The notes beneath the pieces were generated by a model. That model had not been told where the DNA came from and did no database searches. It saw only the letters and a program-made list of their open reading frames with translations. From positions 2,042 to 66,041 of the forward strand of contig DASWED010000089.1 of NCBI GenBank assembly GCA_036394995.1: a stretch of DNA of 64,000 bases. The letters are read 5' to 3'. Both the position numbers and the translations under genes were made by a program. This DNA comes from Actinomycetota bacterium (GTDB lineage Bacteria; Actinomycetota; UBA4738; JACQTL01). Below are positions 1-9,658 of the stretch, piece after piece. Positions within the stretch are counted from its first letter, which is position 1, and the number at the start of each line of letters is the position of its first letter.

Positions 1-1
1 C

Positions 2-157
2 GGCCTCAGCGAGGCCTACACCAAGACCTACCAGCCGGAGTTCTTCCCGTGGATGGGCGCCAACTTCGATCAGGTGGTGCCGTACGTCGTGATGCTACTG
101 GTCCTCCTGGTGCGGCCGTACGGGCTGTGGGGGACCCGCGAGGTGGAGCGGGTGTGA
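2..157 (+). CDS. Branched-chain amino acid ABC transporter permease, C-terminal fragment (LivH-like), truncated by window start
   Basis: Frame is open from the window edge to TGA 155-157. The translation ...QVVPYVVMLLVLLVRPYGLWGTREVERV is a typical LivH-family C-terminus. The next permease gene starts 8 nt later. Confidence 0.7.
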   Translation, partial: GLSEAYTKTYQPEFFPWMGANFDQVVPYVVMLLVLLVRPYGLWGTREVERV

Positions 158-164
158 GCGGCAG

Positions 165-1277
165 GTGAGAGGAAGGCGCGAGCTCTTCACCTCCTACCAG
201 GCGGACCAGGCACCGCTGAACACGCCGGCCAAGCGGGGCTGGACGGCCGCGCTCGTGATCGGCTTGCTGGTCCTGCCGTTCGGCCTCTCCGGCGAGCTGC
301 AGGCCCTCATGGCGACGGCGTTCGCCGCCGGCATCGGCGCCATCGGCCTGAACATCGTGACCGGCTACGCGGGGCAGGTCTCGCTCGGCCACGTCTTCTT
401 CCTGGGGGTCGGCGCATACACGGGCGCCGTCCTGTCCGGGGATCCCGAGGGGAGGACGCTCGGCTATGGCCTCGACATGCTGGTGTGGCTGCCGGCGGCC
501 GGCCTGCTCCCGGCGCTGGTGGGGTTCCTGGTGGCCCCCGTGGCCACGCGCCTGAAGGGCCTGTACCTGGCCATCGTGACCCTGGGCCTCGTGTTCATCG
601 GCGAGCACGTGTTCCGGGAGGTCCGGTTCATCACCGGGGGGCCGGGGGTGGGCCGTCCGGCCGCCGACCTGAAGCTCGCCGGCGTGGACCTGGGCACTCG
701 GAGCGAGATCGGCGGCTACCTCGTCTCCCGGGAGATGAAGCTGTACTTCCTGTGTCTCGTCGTCCTGGCCGTCCTGGCCGTCCTGGCCAAGAACCTGACC
801 CGGTCCGCGGTGGGGCGGGCCTTTGCCGCGGTGCGCGACCGGGACGTCGCCGCCGAGGTCATGGGGGTGGGCCTCGCGAGGCACAAGGCCATCGCCTTCG
901 CCGTGTCGTCGTTCTACGCGGGGATCGCCGGCGCGCTCCTGTCCACCGTGACCGGATTCATCGAGCCCAGCAGCTTCGACCTGCTCCTGTCCGTCCAGTA
1001 CCTGGCCATGATCCTGATCGGGGGCCTGGCCACCATCTCGGGATCCCTCCTGGGCGCCGCCTTCGTAGTGCTGCTGCCCCGCCTCGTGGAGGAGTTCCCG
1101 CGGTTCCTCCCCTTCATCACGTCGCAGTCCACGGGCGGCTTTCTCACGACCTTCCAGCTCCAGACGATCATCTACGGCGCGCTGATCGTGGTGTTCCTGA
1201 TCGCCGAGCCCCGGGGCCTCTACGGGCTCTGGGTCCGCGTCCGGAACTACTTCCGGACCTGGCCGTTCTCGTACTGA
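165..1277 (+). CDS. Branched-chain amino acid ABC transporter permease (LivM-like)
   Basis: 370-aa polytopic membrane protein with the LivM-type core (GLNIVTGYAGQVSLGHVFFLGVGAYT). GTG start at 165. Sits between a LivH-like fragment and a substrate-binding protein. Confidence 0.85.
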   Translation: MRGRRELFTSYQADQAPLNTPAKRGWTAALVIGLLVLPFGLSGELQALMATAFAAGIGAIGLNIVTGYAGQVSLGHVFFLGVGAYTGAVLSGDPEGRTLGYGLDMLVWLPAAGLLPALVGFLVAPVATRLKGLYLAIVTLGLVFIGEHVFREVRFITGGPGVGRPAADLKLAGVDLGTRSEIGGYLVSREMKLYFLCLVVLAVLAVLAKNLTRSAVGRAFAAVRDRDVAAEVMGVGLARHKAIAFAVSSFYAGIAGALLSTVTGFIEPSSFDLLLSVQYLAMILIGGLATISGSLLGAAFVVLLPRLVEEFPRFLPFITSQSTGGFLTTFQLQTIIYGALIVVFLIAEPRGLYGLWVRVRNYFRTWPFSY

Positions 1278-1380
1278 CATGCCTCGGCCGACGTCGTGCT
1301 CGGGGACGCATCCCGTCAGCACCACGATCGGGGCGAGAGTAGGATTCGGCGTGACTTCCCAGGGAGCAGGAGGAGAGACC

Positions 1381-2691
1381 ATGGTTCCGAGGGGACGTGG
1401 GTTCCTGGCAGTGGTCGCCGTGTTCGCCGTGATCGCCGCCTCGTGCGGCGGCGGAGGCGAGAAGGAAGGCGAGGGGGGGGTCAAGACCGATGTCGGCGTC
1501 ACCTCCGATCCCTGTCCGGGGAGCCAGCACACGGACCGGGGTTGCATCTACCTCGGCGTCCTCTCGGACCTCACCGAAGGGCCGTTCGCGCCACTCGCCG
1601 TTCCCATCACCGACGGCCAGAAGGCGTTCTGGAAGCGCGTGAACGACGGAGAGGGCATCGGCGGGGTCTACGACGTGGACATCGAGACGTACACGCGCGA
1701 CAACAAGTACAACCCCGAGGAGCACGTCGCCAAGTTCCGGGAGATCGAGCCGCACATCCTCGCGCTGGCCCAGTCGCTCGGGACTCCCACCACGCTCGCC
1801 GCCCTGGACCTGTACAAGGACCTCGACGTGGTGGCCGCCCCGGCCTCGTGGTGGTCGGGGTGGGCGTTCGAGGACACCATCATCGAGAGCGGCTACAACT
1901 ACTGCATCGAGTCCATGAACGGACTGGACTGGGCATCCGATGAGTTCGGGAAGCCCGGTGTCGTCATGGCCGTCCACTACCCGGGCGACTACGGTGGCGA
2001 CTCGGCGGCGGGCGTGGCCTATTGGGCGGAGACCAACGACGTGACGTTCGACCCCGCGGCCGACGACGTCCAGACCCTCCCCAACGCGCAGGCCGGCAAC
2101 CAGGACGCTGCCGTCGAGGCCATCCTGAAGGCAAAGCCCGACGTGGTGGTCCTGGCCACCGGCCCGGGCGAGATGGCGGAGATCGTGGGCAAGACGGCGG
2201 CCCAGGGGTTCGCCGGGCAGTTCGTCGGCTCGGTCCCCACGTACAACCCGGCCGTGCTGGAGAGCGAGGCGGCCCCGGCCATCGAGGGCCTCTACCATTT
2301 CGTGGCGCCCTGGGGCCCGTGGGGGACGGACACCCCGGCTCATGACGCCATGCAGGAAGCGACCGGGGGCACGCCGCCGGCCAACGACGGCTTCACGTTC
2401 GGCTGGATCTGGTCCTACCCGATGAAGGCCGTCCTGGAGCAGGCTTTCTCGGACGGGGACCTCACTCGGGCCGGGGTGCTGGCCGCCGTCTCGGAGGCCA
2501 CCGTGGACTACGAGGGCGCCCTGCCGAACCGGACGTACGGCGGGGACCCGACGAGCACCGTCGTCAGGGAGGCTCTCATCGCGAAGCCGGACCCGGACGC
2601 ACCGCTCGGTTCCTCGGTGCTGAAGGACTTCTTCGTCGGACCCACCGCGAAGGCGTTCGACTTCACGGAGCCCTGCTCGGCGGCAGGCTAG
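1381..2691 (+). CDS. ABC transporter substrate-binding lipoprotein (LIV/amide type)
   Basis: ATG 1381 is preceded by AGGAGGAGAG. N-terminus MVPRGRGFLAVVAVFAVIAASCGGGG carries a signal peptide plus lipobox Cys. The type I periplasmic-binding fold call is tentative and rests on size, the lipoprotein N-terminus and position after the permeases. Confidence 0.8.
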   Translation: MVPRGRGFLAVVAVFAVIAASCGGGGEKEGEGGVKTDVGVTSDPCPGSQHTDRGCIYLGVLSDLTEGPFAPLAVPITDGQKAFWKRVNDGEGIGGVYDVDIETYTRDNKYNPEEHVAKFREIEPHILALAQSLGTPTTLAALDLYKDLDVVAAPASWWSGWAFEDTIIESGYNYCIESMNGLDWASDEFGKPGVVMAVHYPGDYGGDSAAGVAYWAETNDVTFDPAADDVQTLPNAQAGNQDAAVEAILKAKPDVVVLATGPGEMAEIVGKTAAQGFAGQFVGSVPTYNPAVLESEAAPAIEGLYHFVAPWGPWGTDTPAHDAMQEATGGTPPANDGFTFGWIWSYPMKAVLEQAFSDGDLTRAGVLAAVSEATVDYEGALPNRTYGGDPTSTVVREALIAKPDPDAPLGSSVLKDFFVGPTAKAFDFTEPCSAAG

Positions 2692-2854
2692 GTGCGGGGA
2701 AGCGCGATCTGAGCGGCGGCGAGCGCCCTGATCCTTTCCCGAGCCATGGGCAGGGTCGACGACGAGCGGGGGCGGCTCCGGGAGCTGGGGGAGTGGGAGC
2801 CGTACCTGCTGCCCGCTCGGGGCTGCCCGGCCCGCGGGGGAACCTCCCGACGCC

Positions 2855-5800
2855 CTACCGGCGGAGCACCACCTCGATCGCACGGAACTGGCCACCCGGG
2901 GGCCAGATCAGGACGTGGCCCAGGTGCATCCCCTTGGCCAGGCCGGAGCAGGACGGCGTCAGCGTGACCGAGCCGTTCCCAGGACCTTCCCCCTCGACCT
3001 TCAGCCACCGGACGTCGGTTCCGACCTGCCAGGCTACGGCCGGCGAGGCCGCGGTGACCCGGATCCTTCGGCCCTTCGAGAGCGCGCATGCCCCCAGATC
3101 CACCCGCTCGTCCGGGAGGTAGATCCGCGGCGGATCAGGCAGGACCTTCGAATCCAATGCGTCGCCCCCCAGCCTGGCCTCGTCCCCATCCAGCGATCCG
3201 TCGTGATCCGTGTCCGCCGCACACGGATCGGTCCCGACCGCCCGCTCGCCGAACGAGGCCAGCCCGTCACCGTCGGGGTCCCGCCAGCTGTCCCCTCGGG
3301 CCGGAGACAGGCACTCGTGCGCCGATTCGTAACCGTCGGGAACACCGTCGGCGTCCTTGTCCGGGAGGGCGATCACCTTCACGGTGTCGGTGCTCGACAG
3401 GCCCGAGGACGGAACGCCCTTCAGCGTGATGAGGTGGACGCCGGGACTGAGCCGGACGGCGGCGCGCGCCCCGTGCCCGAGCAGCCCGTCGAGCGACGAT
3501 CGCCATGTGAGCGCGGCTCCGGCGAGGGGACCGTCGGTCAGGTCGTAGCCTCCCCCGACGAGGGCCACCGGTTGACCCGCCACCACCCGTGCGCCATGCG
3601 ACGGCCAGGCGATCGCCGTGCCCCCGGATCGGGGGTCCACGGTGAAGGAGGAGCTCTCGGCGGCTCCGGTGTTGAGTCCGTCCGACGCCTCGACGACCAG
3701 CACGGCATCCGTGGTCGCCGGCGACGTCTCCAACGGGAACGAGTACGCGGGGTCCGTCAGACCGGCCGCGACCAGCTCGGTCGGGCTCTTGGAGGTGGGC
3801 CGGTAGTACACGTTGTAGGTGAGGGGGTCGCCGTCCGGATCCGAACCCGTCCAGGTGGCGGTCACGGCCCCGTCCCCGGGGGTGATCTCGACGTCGGTCA
3901 CGCTCGGGGCCCCGAGCGTGAAATCGAGGCCGGCCTGCGCGTCCCCGCCCCGACGGATCTCGTATCCCGCGGCGCCGTCCGGCAGCGCCACCGTCAGCAG
4001 GAACGACCCGTTCGGACGGCTGAAGGTCCCGTGGACGTCGACGTCCGTCGGGCTGAACGGGAACGAGGTGAGGTCATCGCCCTTCCCGTCGAGGAAGACC
4101 AGGTCCAACGGTCCCCCCTGATCTGGTGCCGTGGTCGGGTACCCACCCGCCAGGAGCGACGAGTAGACGACGGTCGGTATGTCAGTGTCGTCGAGATATC
4201 CCGCCACGGTGAACAGAGGATCCCCGCCCGCGGCCACGGCATCGATTGCAGCCGGACGGGGCATGCCGACCAGTGAGGAGCGGACGTCGTTCCACTCGTA
4301 GCCCTCGTCGAACAGGGACCGGGCGTCCCCCACGGCGGGGGCCATCAGCGGGGGAACCGTGGTGACGTCCTGCCGCGTCACGGTGTTCACCATCGTGTCG
4401 CCGCGCACCAGTGTGATGGCCGGGGAACCCGAGTGGCCGCCCGAGATGTAGTGCGGGCTGGTGGTGCGGACCTCGCCGAGGCAGTGCGTGATCTCGTGGG
4501 CGATGATCGACGGCGAAGACCCGTTCAGGTTGACGTCGAAGCCGCCACCGGCGATCCCCACTCCCGCCGGCGCGACCACGTCGTCCCCGAACCCGCAGTC
4601 GCCGCCGCCCCCCGTTCCGGTGGAGGCCTGGGCGTTGAACCCGTAGTCGACTCGGTCGAGCGCCTCGCCCAGGGGCAGGCCGCTCTCCGCCAGCCGGAGC
4701 TGCTCGTTCAACCGTCGCATCGCGTCGGTGATCTCGGTCCCGACCCGCGCCCCGCAGGCGCTCATCGTCTCCCCGATCCGGCACCGGCGGACGCTGCCGA
4801 TGGTGTAGCGGAGGCCCGGCAGCCGGAACGGGTTCGCCACCGGCGCCGCCACCAGGGGGCCGGCCCCGCTTCGCACCGGGATGACCCGCTGCACGTACAG
4901 CATCGCCCCGGGGACGGCGGCGGTCAGGTCCGTGCCCCACGTCCGGTAGTCGGGCGCAGCGGGCGCCTCGAAGGGGGACAGGTACAGCCGCAGATCGCGG
5001 GTTCGAACGAACACGGGATCGCCCAGGAAGATCCGCTGCGTCTCCGCGATCCCATCGATGCGCAGGAGCAGGTCGATGACGTACCGGCCCGGTACCGAGA
5101 CGGTGGAGCCCGGGATCCAGCACTCGAACCGGGGGTTCCCGTTGAAGGAGCCGGCCGGATACAGGTTCACCCTCGAGACCGGGACGCCCGCGGCGGGGAG
5201 CAGGACGGAGCTGCCGCTCGGCCCGTGGATCGAGCAGGCCGCGTAGGTGACCTCCGCCGGCCGTCCGCCCGTGTAGACCTGGGCGCGGGCCAGCGTGTCC
5301 TTCCCCGCGATGTAGTCGTACGCGCGGATGGCCTGAACGTCCTCGTCGAGCCCCTGCGTGATGCGCTCGACGTCGAGCACCGGGACACCGGGCCCCGTCG
5401 CCGTCGGGAAGACCCCCCAGAACAGGTCGGCCCAGGTGTCCGGGATGGCGTCCCTCCCTCCGGGCGGCCAGACGTACGTGTTCCCGTCGAGTACCTCCTG
5501 GCGGACTGCCACGCCGGAGAGGGAGAACGGCGTCCCCCCGCCGACATCCGTCAGGGAGATCCGGAGCTCTGCCGTCCAGGTCGCGTCTCCGCTCGTCACG
5601 GTCCCCAGGAACGGGATGGGGGTCGGGACCCAGCCGTCGGGCGATCCCTGGTACGAACGGAAGACGCCCGATCGGGTGATCGAGAACTTCCAGTCGTCGC
5701 TCCGGAGGGTCCGCCCGCCGTCGTGCCGGCCGTCCACCTCCAGGGCCACCACCGTCGGCGGCCCGGAGCTCTCCCTGGGCAGGCGCGAGATGCACACGTA

Positions 5801-6046
5801 CAGTGAGGTCCGGTCCGCCAGGAATCGCGCCGTTGCCGACGGGTACAACCCCGCATACCCGATCCGGGCGAGGCCGGGTGTGGCGGAGTATTCGTCGCAC
5901 GATCCGTTGAGCGCGGGCGCCGGCCTTCCCGCGGGCGGCCGGACCACCACGGTCGCATACATCGCGTGGGCGGAAGCGGGCGGGGGCGCCGGGCCGAGCA
6001 CTCCGAGCACCAGCGCGAGCGATACGATCGTCGCCGAGCGGCGCAT
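2855..6046 (-). CDS. Large secreted multidomain zinc metalloprotease (HExxH) with FN3-like and thrombospondin-type-3-like Ca-binding repeats
   Basis: ATG 6046 has a strong SD (GGGAGGGAGGGAAG) and a signal peptide (MRRSATIVSLALVLGVLGPAPPPASAHA). HEITH motif at nt 4484-4498. The C-terminal third has Asp-rich DxDxDG-type repeats (DKDADGVPD, DPDGDGL, DTDHDGSLDGDE). Confidence 0.8.
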   Translation of the reverse strand: MRRSATIVSLALVLGVLGPAPPPASAHAMYATVVVRPPAGRPAPALNGSCDEYSATPGLARIGYAGLYPSATARFLADRTSLYVCISRLPRESSGPPTVVALEVDGRHDGGRTLRSDDWKFSITRSGVFRSYQGSPDGWVPTPIPFLGTVTSGDATWTAELRISLTDVGGGTPFSLSGVAVRQEVLDGNTYVWPPGGRDAIPDTWADLFWGVFPTATGPGVPVLDVERITQGLDEDVQAIRAYDYIAGKDTLARAQVYTGGRPAEVTYAACSIHGPSGSSVLLPAAGVPVSRVNLYPAGSFNGNPRFECWIPGSTVSVPGRYVIDLLLRIDGIAETQRIFLGDPVFVRTRDLRLYLSPFEAPAAPDYRTWGTDLTAAVPGAMLYVQRVIPVRSGAGPLVAAPVANPFRLPGLRYTIGSVRRCRIGETMSACGARVGTEITDAMRRLNEQLRLAESGLPLGEALDRVDYGFNAQASTGTGGGGDCGFGDDVVAPAGVGIAGGGFDVNLNGSSPSIIAHEITHCLGEVRTTSPHYISGGHSGSPAITLVRGDTMVNTVTRQDVTTVPPLMAPAVGDARSLFDEGYEWNDVRSSLVGMPRPAAIDAVAAGGDPLFTVAGYLDDTDIPTVVYSSLLAGGYPTTAPDQGGPLDLVFLDGKGDDLTSFPFSPTDVDVHGTFSRPNGSFLLTVALPDGAAGYEIRRGGDAQAGLDFTLGAPSVTDVEITPGDGAVTATWTGSDPDGDPLTYNVYYRPTSKSPTELVAAGLTDPAYSFPLETSPATTDAVLVVEASDGLNTGAAESSSFTVDPRSGGTAIAWPSHGARVVAGQPVALVGGGYDLTDGPLAGAALTWRSSLDGLLGHGARAAVRLSPGVHLITLKGVPSSGLSSTDTVKVIALPDKDADGVPDGYESAHECLSPARGDSWRDPDGDGLASFGERAVGTDPCAADTDHDGSLDGDEARLGGDALDSKVLPDPPRIYLPDERVDLGACALSKGRRIRVTAASPAVAWQVGTDVRWLKVEGEGPGNGSVTLTPSCSGLAKGMHLGHVLIWPPGGQFRAIEVVLRR

Positions 6047-6180
6047 GACTTCCCTCCCTCCCCGAAAGGAAGGCCGAGTATAGGGGAACGCCTCCATCGA
6101 AACGGACGCACTGCTCTCACCGGGTGTGGCGAATCCCGGTCCGCCCGGCCGTCACGACATCGGGGGATGTCCGGGGTCTG

Positions 6181-6657
6181 TCACGCGGCGGCCATCGCCG
6201 GGCGGCGGCGCGCGGTCCGGTGGCCGGCGGAGCGGTGTTCCACGAAGCGCTTGAGATTCTGCAGGCAGGCGTGCATCTCGAAGCGTCCGGCCCGGACCAG
6301 GACGGGCTCGGCGACGCGGAGGAATCCGCGGCAGTCGCCGGCGACGCTCCAGTGGATCCGCGTGGCGCCTCGCAGGGACTCGAACTCCATGGTCCCCCGG
6401 ATGTCCATCGGTCCGGACGTGCTGGTGTACGTGACCAGGCGCGGGGGCTCGTACGAGCTCACCTCGTACACCGTCTCGAACCGGTGGCCCATCAGGTGGA
6501 TCCGCTGGACCACCCGGGCGCCGCGCTGCAGGGCCCCGCAGATCCTGCTCTCCAGCACCGCGGTGTTCCACAGGGGCATGTTCTCGGGGCTGGCGGCGAG
6601 CGGGAAGACCTGCCGGCGGGGAAGATCGACAACGATGCTGTCCTCGATCTGGATCAT
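6181..6657 (-). CDS. SRPBCC (polyketide cyclase/dehydrase-like) family protein
   Basis: ATG 6657 gives a 158-aa protein (MIQIEDSIVVDLPRRQVFPLAASPENMPLWNTAVLES...), typical of SRPBCC ligand-binding proteins. The upstream part of the 214-aa track ORF is Arg/Pro/Ser-rich and looks non-coding. Confidence 0.65.
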   Translation of the reverse strand: MIQIEDSIVVDLPRRQVFPLAASPENMPLWNTAVLESRICGALQRGARVVQRIHLMGHRFETVYEVSSYEPPRLVTYTSTSGPMDIRGTMEFESLRGATRIHWSVAGDCRGFLRVAEPVLVRAGRFEMHACLQNLKRFVEHRSAGHRTARRRPAMAAA

Positions 6658-6793
6658 GGTCACACCCCCGAATCTCCTTACCGAACGCTGCGCGCCGGGG
6701 GGGCGGCGATGGAAGGACCGTTGGTCCCCCTCCGATCGGGACCTTTGCGATCCGGGATCGCCGCGGGGCTCTGGACCCGAGGAGCTCGACCGG

Positions 6794-9169
6794 TCAGGCG
6801 GGAACCTTCTCCCCGACGAAGGCACTCAGCGCGAGGTACTGGCTCTCGCCGTCCAGGCCCGCCTCGCGAAGGACCGCGGGGCCGGGGCCGCTCCCCAGGA
6901 AGTGACCGTTCCGGAACGGGGACAGGGACGCCTCCCGTCCCCGGGCCGAGGTCACCCACCGGTACAGCGTCGGCAGCGTGAAGTCCGTGATCCCGACGGC
7001 CTCCGCGGCCACGTCCGCCGGGAAGATCCGGTCACGCTCCCGTGGCGGCAGCGCGTCGAACAGCTCCGCGCTGGCCACGTAGTACACGTCGAGGTCGATG
7101 CCGTCCGCCAGCAGCAGGGGCAGGGCGTCCTGCACGAACGCGTACGCGACCGCGCTTCCCTGCAGGACCAGGCTGCCGTCCGGACGCCCCGTCGCCGCGC
7201 GCAGCCGGTACACGCCCGTTCGAGCCTCGGCCACCGGAGCCAGGCCCAGGCCCTCCCGGTCGACGACGATCTCGGTGGGGCGGGTCACGAACGGGAAGAT
7301 CACGGCGGGGCGGCGCCGCAGCGCCTCCGTGACCAGCGTCCAGATCTCCGCGGGATCCCACGGCGTCAGCGTGATGGCGGTACCGGCCGGGAAGTTCTCC
7401 TGGACGATCTGGAGGGGCTGGGGGTCCGCGTGCGTGGGCCCGTCCTCCCCGGTCTTCAGGCCGGCGTGGGCGCAGATCAGGATGGCCGTCCGGTAGGGGT
7501 CACCGAACGCGGCCCGCCGGGCCTGCCCCCCGATGGCGTGCAGCCGAGCCGGGATGTGGGCGAGCGGCGCGAGGAAGGCCCCGTACGACGAACCGACCCC
7601 GATGTGCCGCCCGTACCCGGACAGCCCGCACAGGATCCCGGACATGGCGTCCTCGCAGATCCCGCCGGTCGCCAGCAGCCGCGCGTCGGCGTTCGCCTGG
7701 AGGTCCAGGAAGCCGGCGGGGAACCCCGCGGCCACGCCGTCCACGCTGGTGGATCCCAGGAGGTCCGCGGCCGCCGACAGCATCGCGCCGCCGCTGGCCC
7801 GGTTGTAGTGGTTCAGCACGCGACCCAGCTCGGCCCGGAGCGTGGTGGCGGTCCCGGGCCTCAGCTCCAGGGCCTCCGGGACCCGCTCGGCCGCCCCAGG
7901 CACCGAGGCGTGGGCGAACACCTCGGCCACGTCGGGCGCGCCGTCACGGGGTCGGCGGGCCCGCGACGTCAACCGCCGCTTCGAGTCGCGGAGCTTCCCG
8001 GCCATCCAGTCGACCATGGCGTCCTCGCGCTCCATGACGCGGCGGACCACGGACAGGGCGTTCCACAGGCACCGCTCCAGCACCGCCTCACCGCCCTGCA
8101 GCCGGCACGGTGGGGATGTGGGGTCGGCACAGGTCGGGAGGGCCTCCCCGGAGCCCTCCACGAACGGTTCCATGGCCGAGTAGAACTCCGGCGAGCACAG
8201 CTTGTGGCCGGCGCCGTGGGACTGGCGTCCCTCGATGCCGTACCGCCACCCCTTGACCGTGGAGTACACGATCGCCGTGGGCTGTCCGGTGTCGAGCCCG
8301 AGCGCCGCTCGCTGGGCCGCCAGGATCTGGCGGAAGTCCTTGCCGTCCGGCACCCACACCACGTTCCAGTCCTGGAGCCAGAACAGCTCCCTGGGATCCC
8401 ACTGCACGTAGTCGCCGGGCTCGTCGCCCGCGCGGCACACCCGGTCCGAGTCGATCGACGCCTGGTTCCAGTCCACGTGCACCACAGCGTTGTCGAGCCG
8501 CATGGTCCCGGCGGCGGCCAGCGCTTCGGCCACCCGCCCCGGGGTGAGCCCGCCCTCGCCCTCCACGATGTGGACACGGGGGGCGTCCGGGCCGTACGTG
8601 TCGCGAGCCCCCAGGGCCAGGCCGAGGGAGGTGGCCATGCCCACGCCCGACGCGCCGGTGGCCAGGGGGACGAACGGTGTCGCCGGCGTGGGGTGGCCGT
8701 CCAGGGCCCTGGACCCGAATTCCCGGAACAGCGGCGTGTCGGTGATCGGGTTCCGGCGGAACCCCAGGAGGTCCTCCAGGCGGAGCTGCAGGCGTGGATC
8801 GCCCGGGAGGAGATCGGGGGCGGCGATCCGGGCGATCTCGTTGCGCAGGGCCCACATCGCGTACAGCCCCAGCGCCTTGTGTCCCGCGGCGTAGGAGATC
8901 AGGTCGGCGTCGGGCCGGTCCGGCTCGCCGAGGTCGTAGTCCATGGCGTCGAACAGCACCGATGCCACGAACCGGCCGGAGGAGATGGAACCCCCCGGAT
9001 GCCCGGACGTGGGCGCGTAGTTGTAGAGCGCGGTGCACAGCGAGCGATAGATCAGATCGAACGTCTCGAGGTATGCGAGCTCGGTATCCGGGACCACCTC
9101 GGCGGTGACCGCTCCGATCCCCTCGACGTCCACGTACGTGCCGCGGCGCGGCCCGAAATCGAATCCCAT
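6794..9169 (-). CDS. Transketolase-family thiamine-diphosphate enzyme (long form, about 790 aa)
   Basis: ATG 9169. Transketolase N-terminal signature SGHPGGSIS...AAGHKALGLYA, a GEGGL TPP-binding region, and pyrimidine-binding and C-terminal domains. The first 117 codons of the track ORF are Arg/Pro-rich and were rejected. Confidence 0.8.
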   Translation of the reverse strand: MGFDFGPRRGTYVDVEGIGAVTAEVVPDTELAYLETFDLIYRSLCTALYNYAPTSGHPGGSISSGRFVASVLFDAMDYDLGEPDRPDADLISYAAGHKALGLYAMWALRNEIARIAAPDLLPGDPRLQLRLEDLLGFRRNPITDTPLFREFGSRALDGHPTPATPFVPLATGASGVGMATSLGLALGARDTYGPDAPRVHIVEGEGGLTPGRVAEALAAAGTMRLDNAVVHVDWNQASIDSDRVCRAGDEPGDYVQWDPRELFWLQDWNVVWVPDGKDFRQILAAQRAALGLDTGQPTAIVYSTVKGWRYGIEGRQSHGAGHKLCSPEFYSAMEPFVEGSGEALPTCADPTSPPCRLQGGEAVLERCLWNALSVVRRVMEREDAMVDWMAGKLRDSKRRLTSRARRPRDGAPDVAEVFAHASVPGAAERVPEALELRPGTATTLRAELGRVLNHYNRASGGAMLSAAADLLGSTSVDGVAAGFPAGFLDLQANADARLLATGGICEDAMSGILCGLSGYGRHIGVGSSYGAFLAPLAHIPARLHAIGGQARRAAFGDPYRTAILICAHAGLKTGEDGPTHADPQPLQIVQENFPAGTAITLTPWDPAEIWTLVTEALRRRPAVIFPFVTRPTEIVVDREGLGLAPVAEARTGVYRLRAATGRPDGSLVLQGSAVAYAFVQDALPLLLADGIDLDVYYVASAELFDALPPRERDRIFPADVAAEAVGITDFTLPTLYRWVTSARGREASLSPFRNGHFLGSGPGPAVLREAGLDGESQYLALSAFVGEKVPA

Positions 9170-9261
9170 GGCCGAACGCACCCCCTTCTTCGGAGAGCCA
9201 TCGCGACCATGCGCGATCGGGCTGGGGGCCGTTACGGCCGTTCGGCCCCTCCCGGGGATGA

Positions 9262-9606
9262 CCATCGGACCTGCTGAGCGCCGCCCTCGAGGCCCTCCGT
9301 CCGCTCGTTCCCGCACTGAAGGGGCACGTCGAGCTGACCGAAGCCGAGACCGGCCTGTTCGCCGACGTCCTGGAGCGGAGCTCCCTGCTCGCCTCCGACG
9401 TGGAGGAGCTTCGCCGGGAGCACGTCGCGATCGGGGACCACCTGCAGGAGCTGATCGACCTCCTGGCGTCCCCCGCCGGAGCGGCCGCGGCGCGCGGACG
9501 GGTCCGGCAGGCCGTGCCACAGCTGATCGAGGAGTCCGACCGGCACTGCTGCCGGGAGGACCACTTGATGTTCGAGGCCTACCTGGCGGGGATCGGAGGA
9601 GACTGA
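9262..9606 (+). CDS. Hemerythrin-like (HHE cation-binding) domain protein, start codon unresolved
   Basis: The frame is open from 9262. The translation ...LKGHVELTEAETGLFADVLE...LRREHVAIGDHLQELIDLL...ESDRHCCREDHLMFEAYL resembles hemerythrin-like helices. The only canonical in-frame start (GTG 9400) would remove half the domain. Confidence 0.3.
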   Translation, partial: PSDLLSAALEALRPLVPALKGHVELTEAETGLFADVLERSSLLASDVEELRREHVAIGDHLQELIDLLASPAGAAAARGRVRQAVPQLIEESDRHCCREDHLMFEAYLAGIGGD

Positions 9607-9658
9607 CGGGGCGCCCGGCCGGCTCCTCGTCCGCCCGTCGCGGGCCGATCGCGAGTGA

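Noticed and set aside
6-1547. 513-aa minus-strand ORF covering the LIV permease genes
   Set aside because: It is antisense to a clearly recognisable LivM-type permease. Its Arg/Pro/Gly/Glu-rich, domain-free translation is typical of spurious long ORFs in high-GC DNA.
3385-3392. TGTCGGTG, the upstream half of the PafBC-associated RecA-NDp promoter motif (other half-site copies lie on the minus strand near 19828, 36646, 46421 and 54860)
   Set aside because: All copies lie inside coding regions, and none is followed by TANNNT after 8 nt.
5966-9277. 1103-aa plus-strand ORF
   Set aside because: It overlaps three well-supported minus-strand genes (metalloprotease start, SRPBCC protein, transketolase-like enzyme). 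Its composition is Arg/Pro/Gly-dominated, with no motifs.
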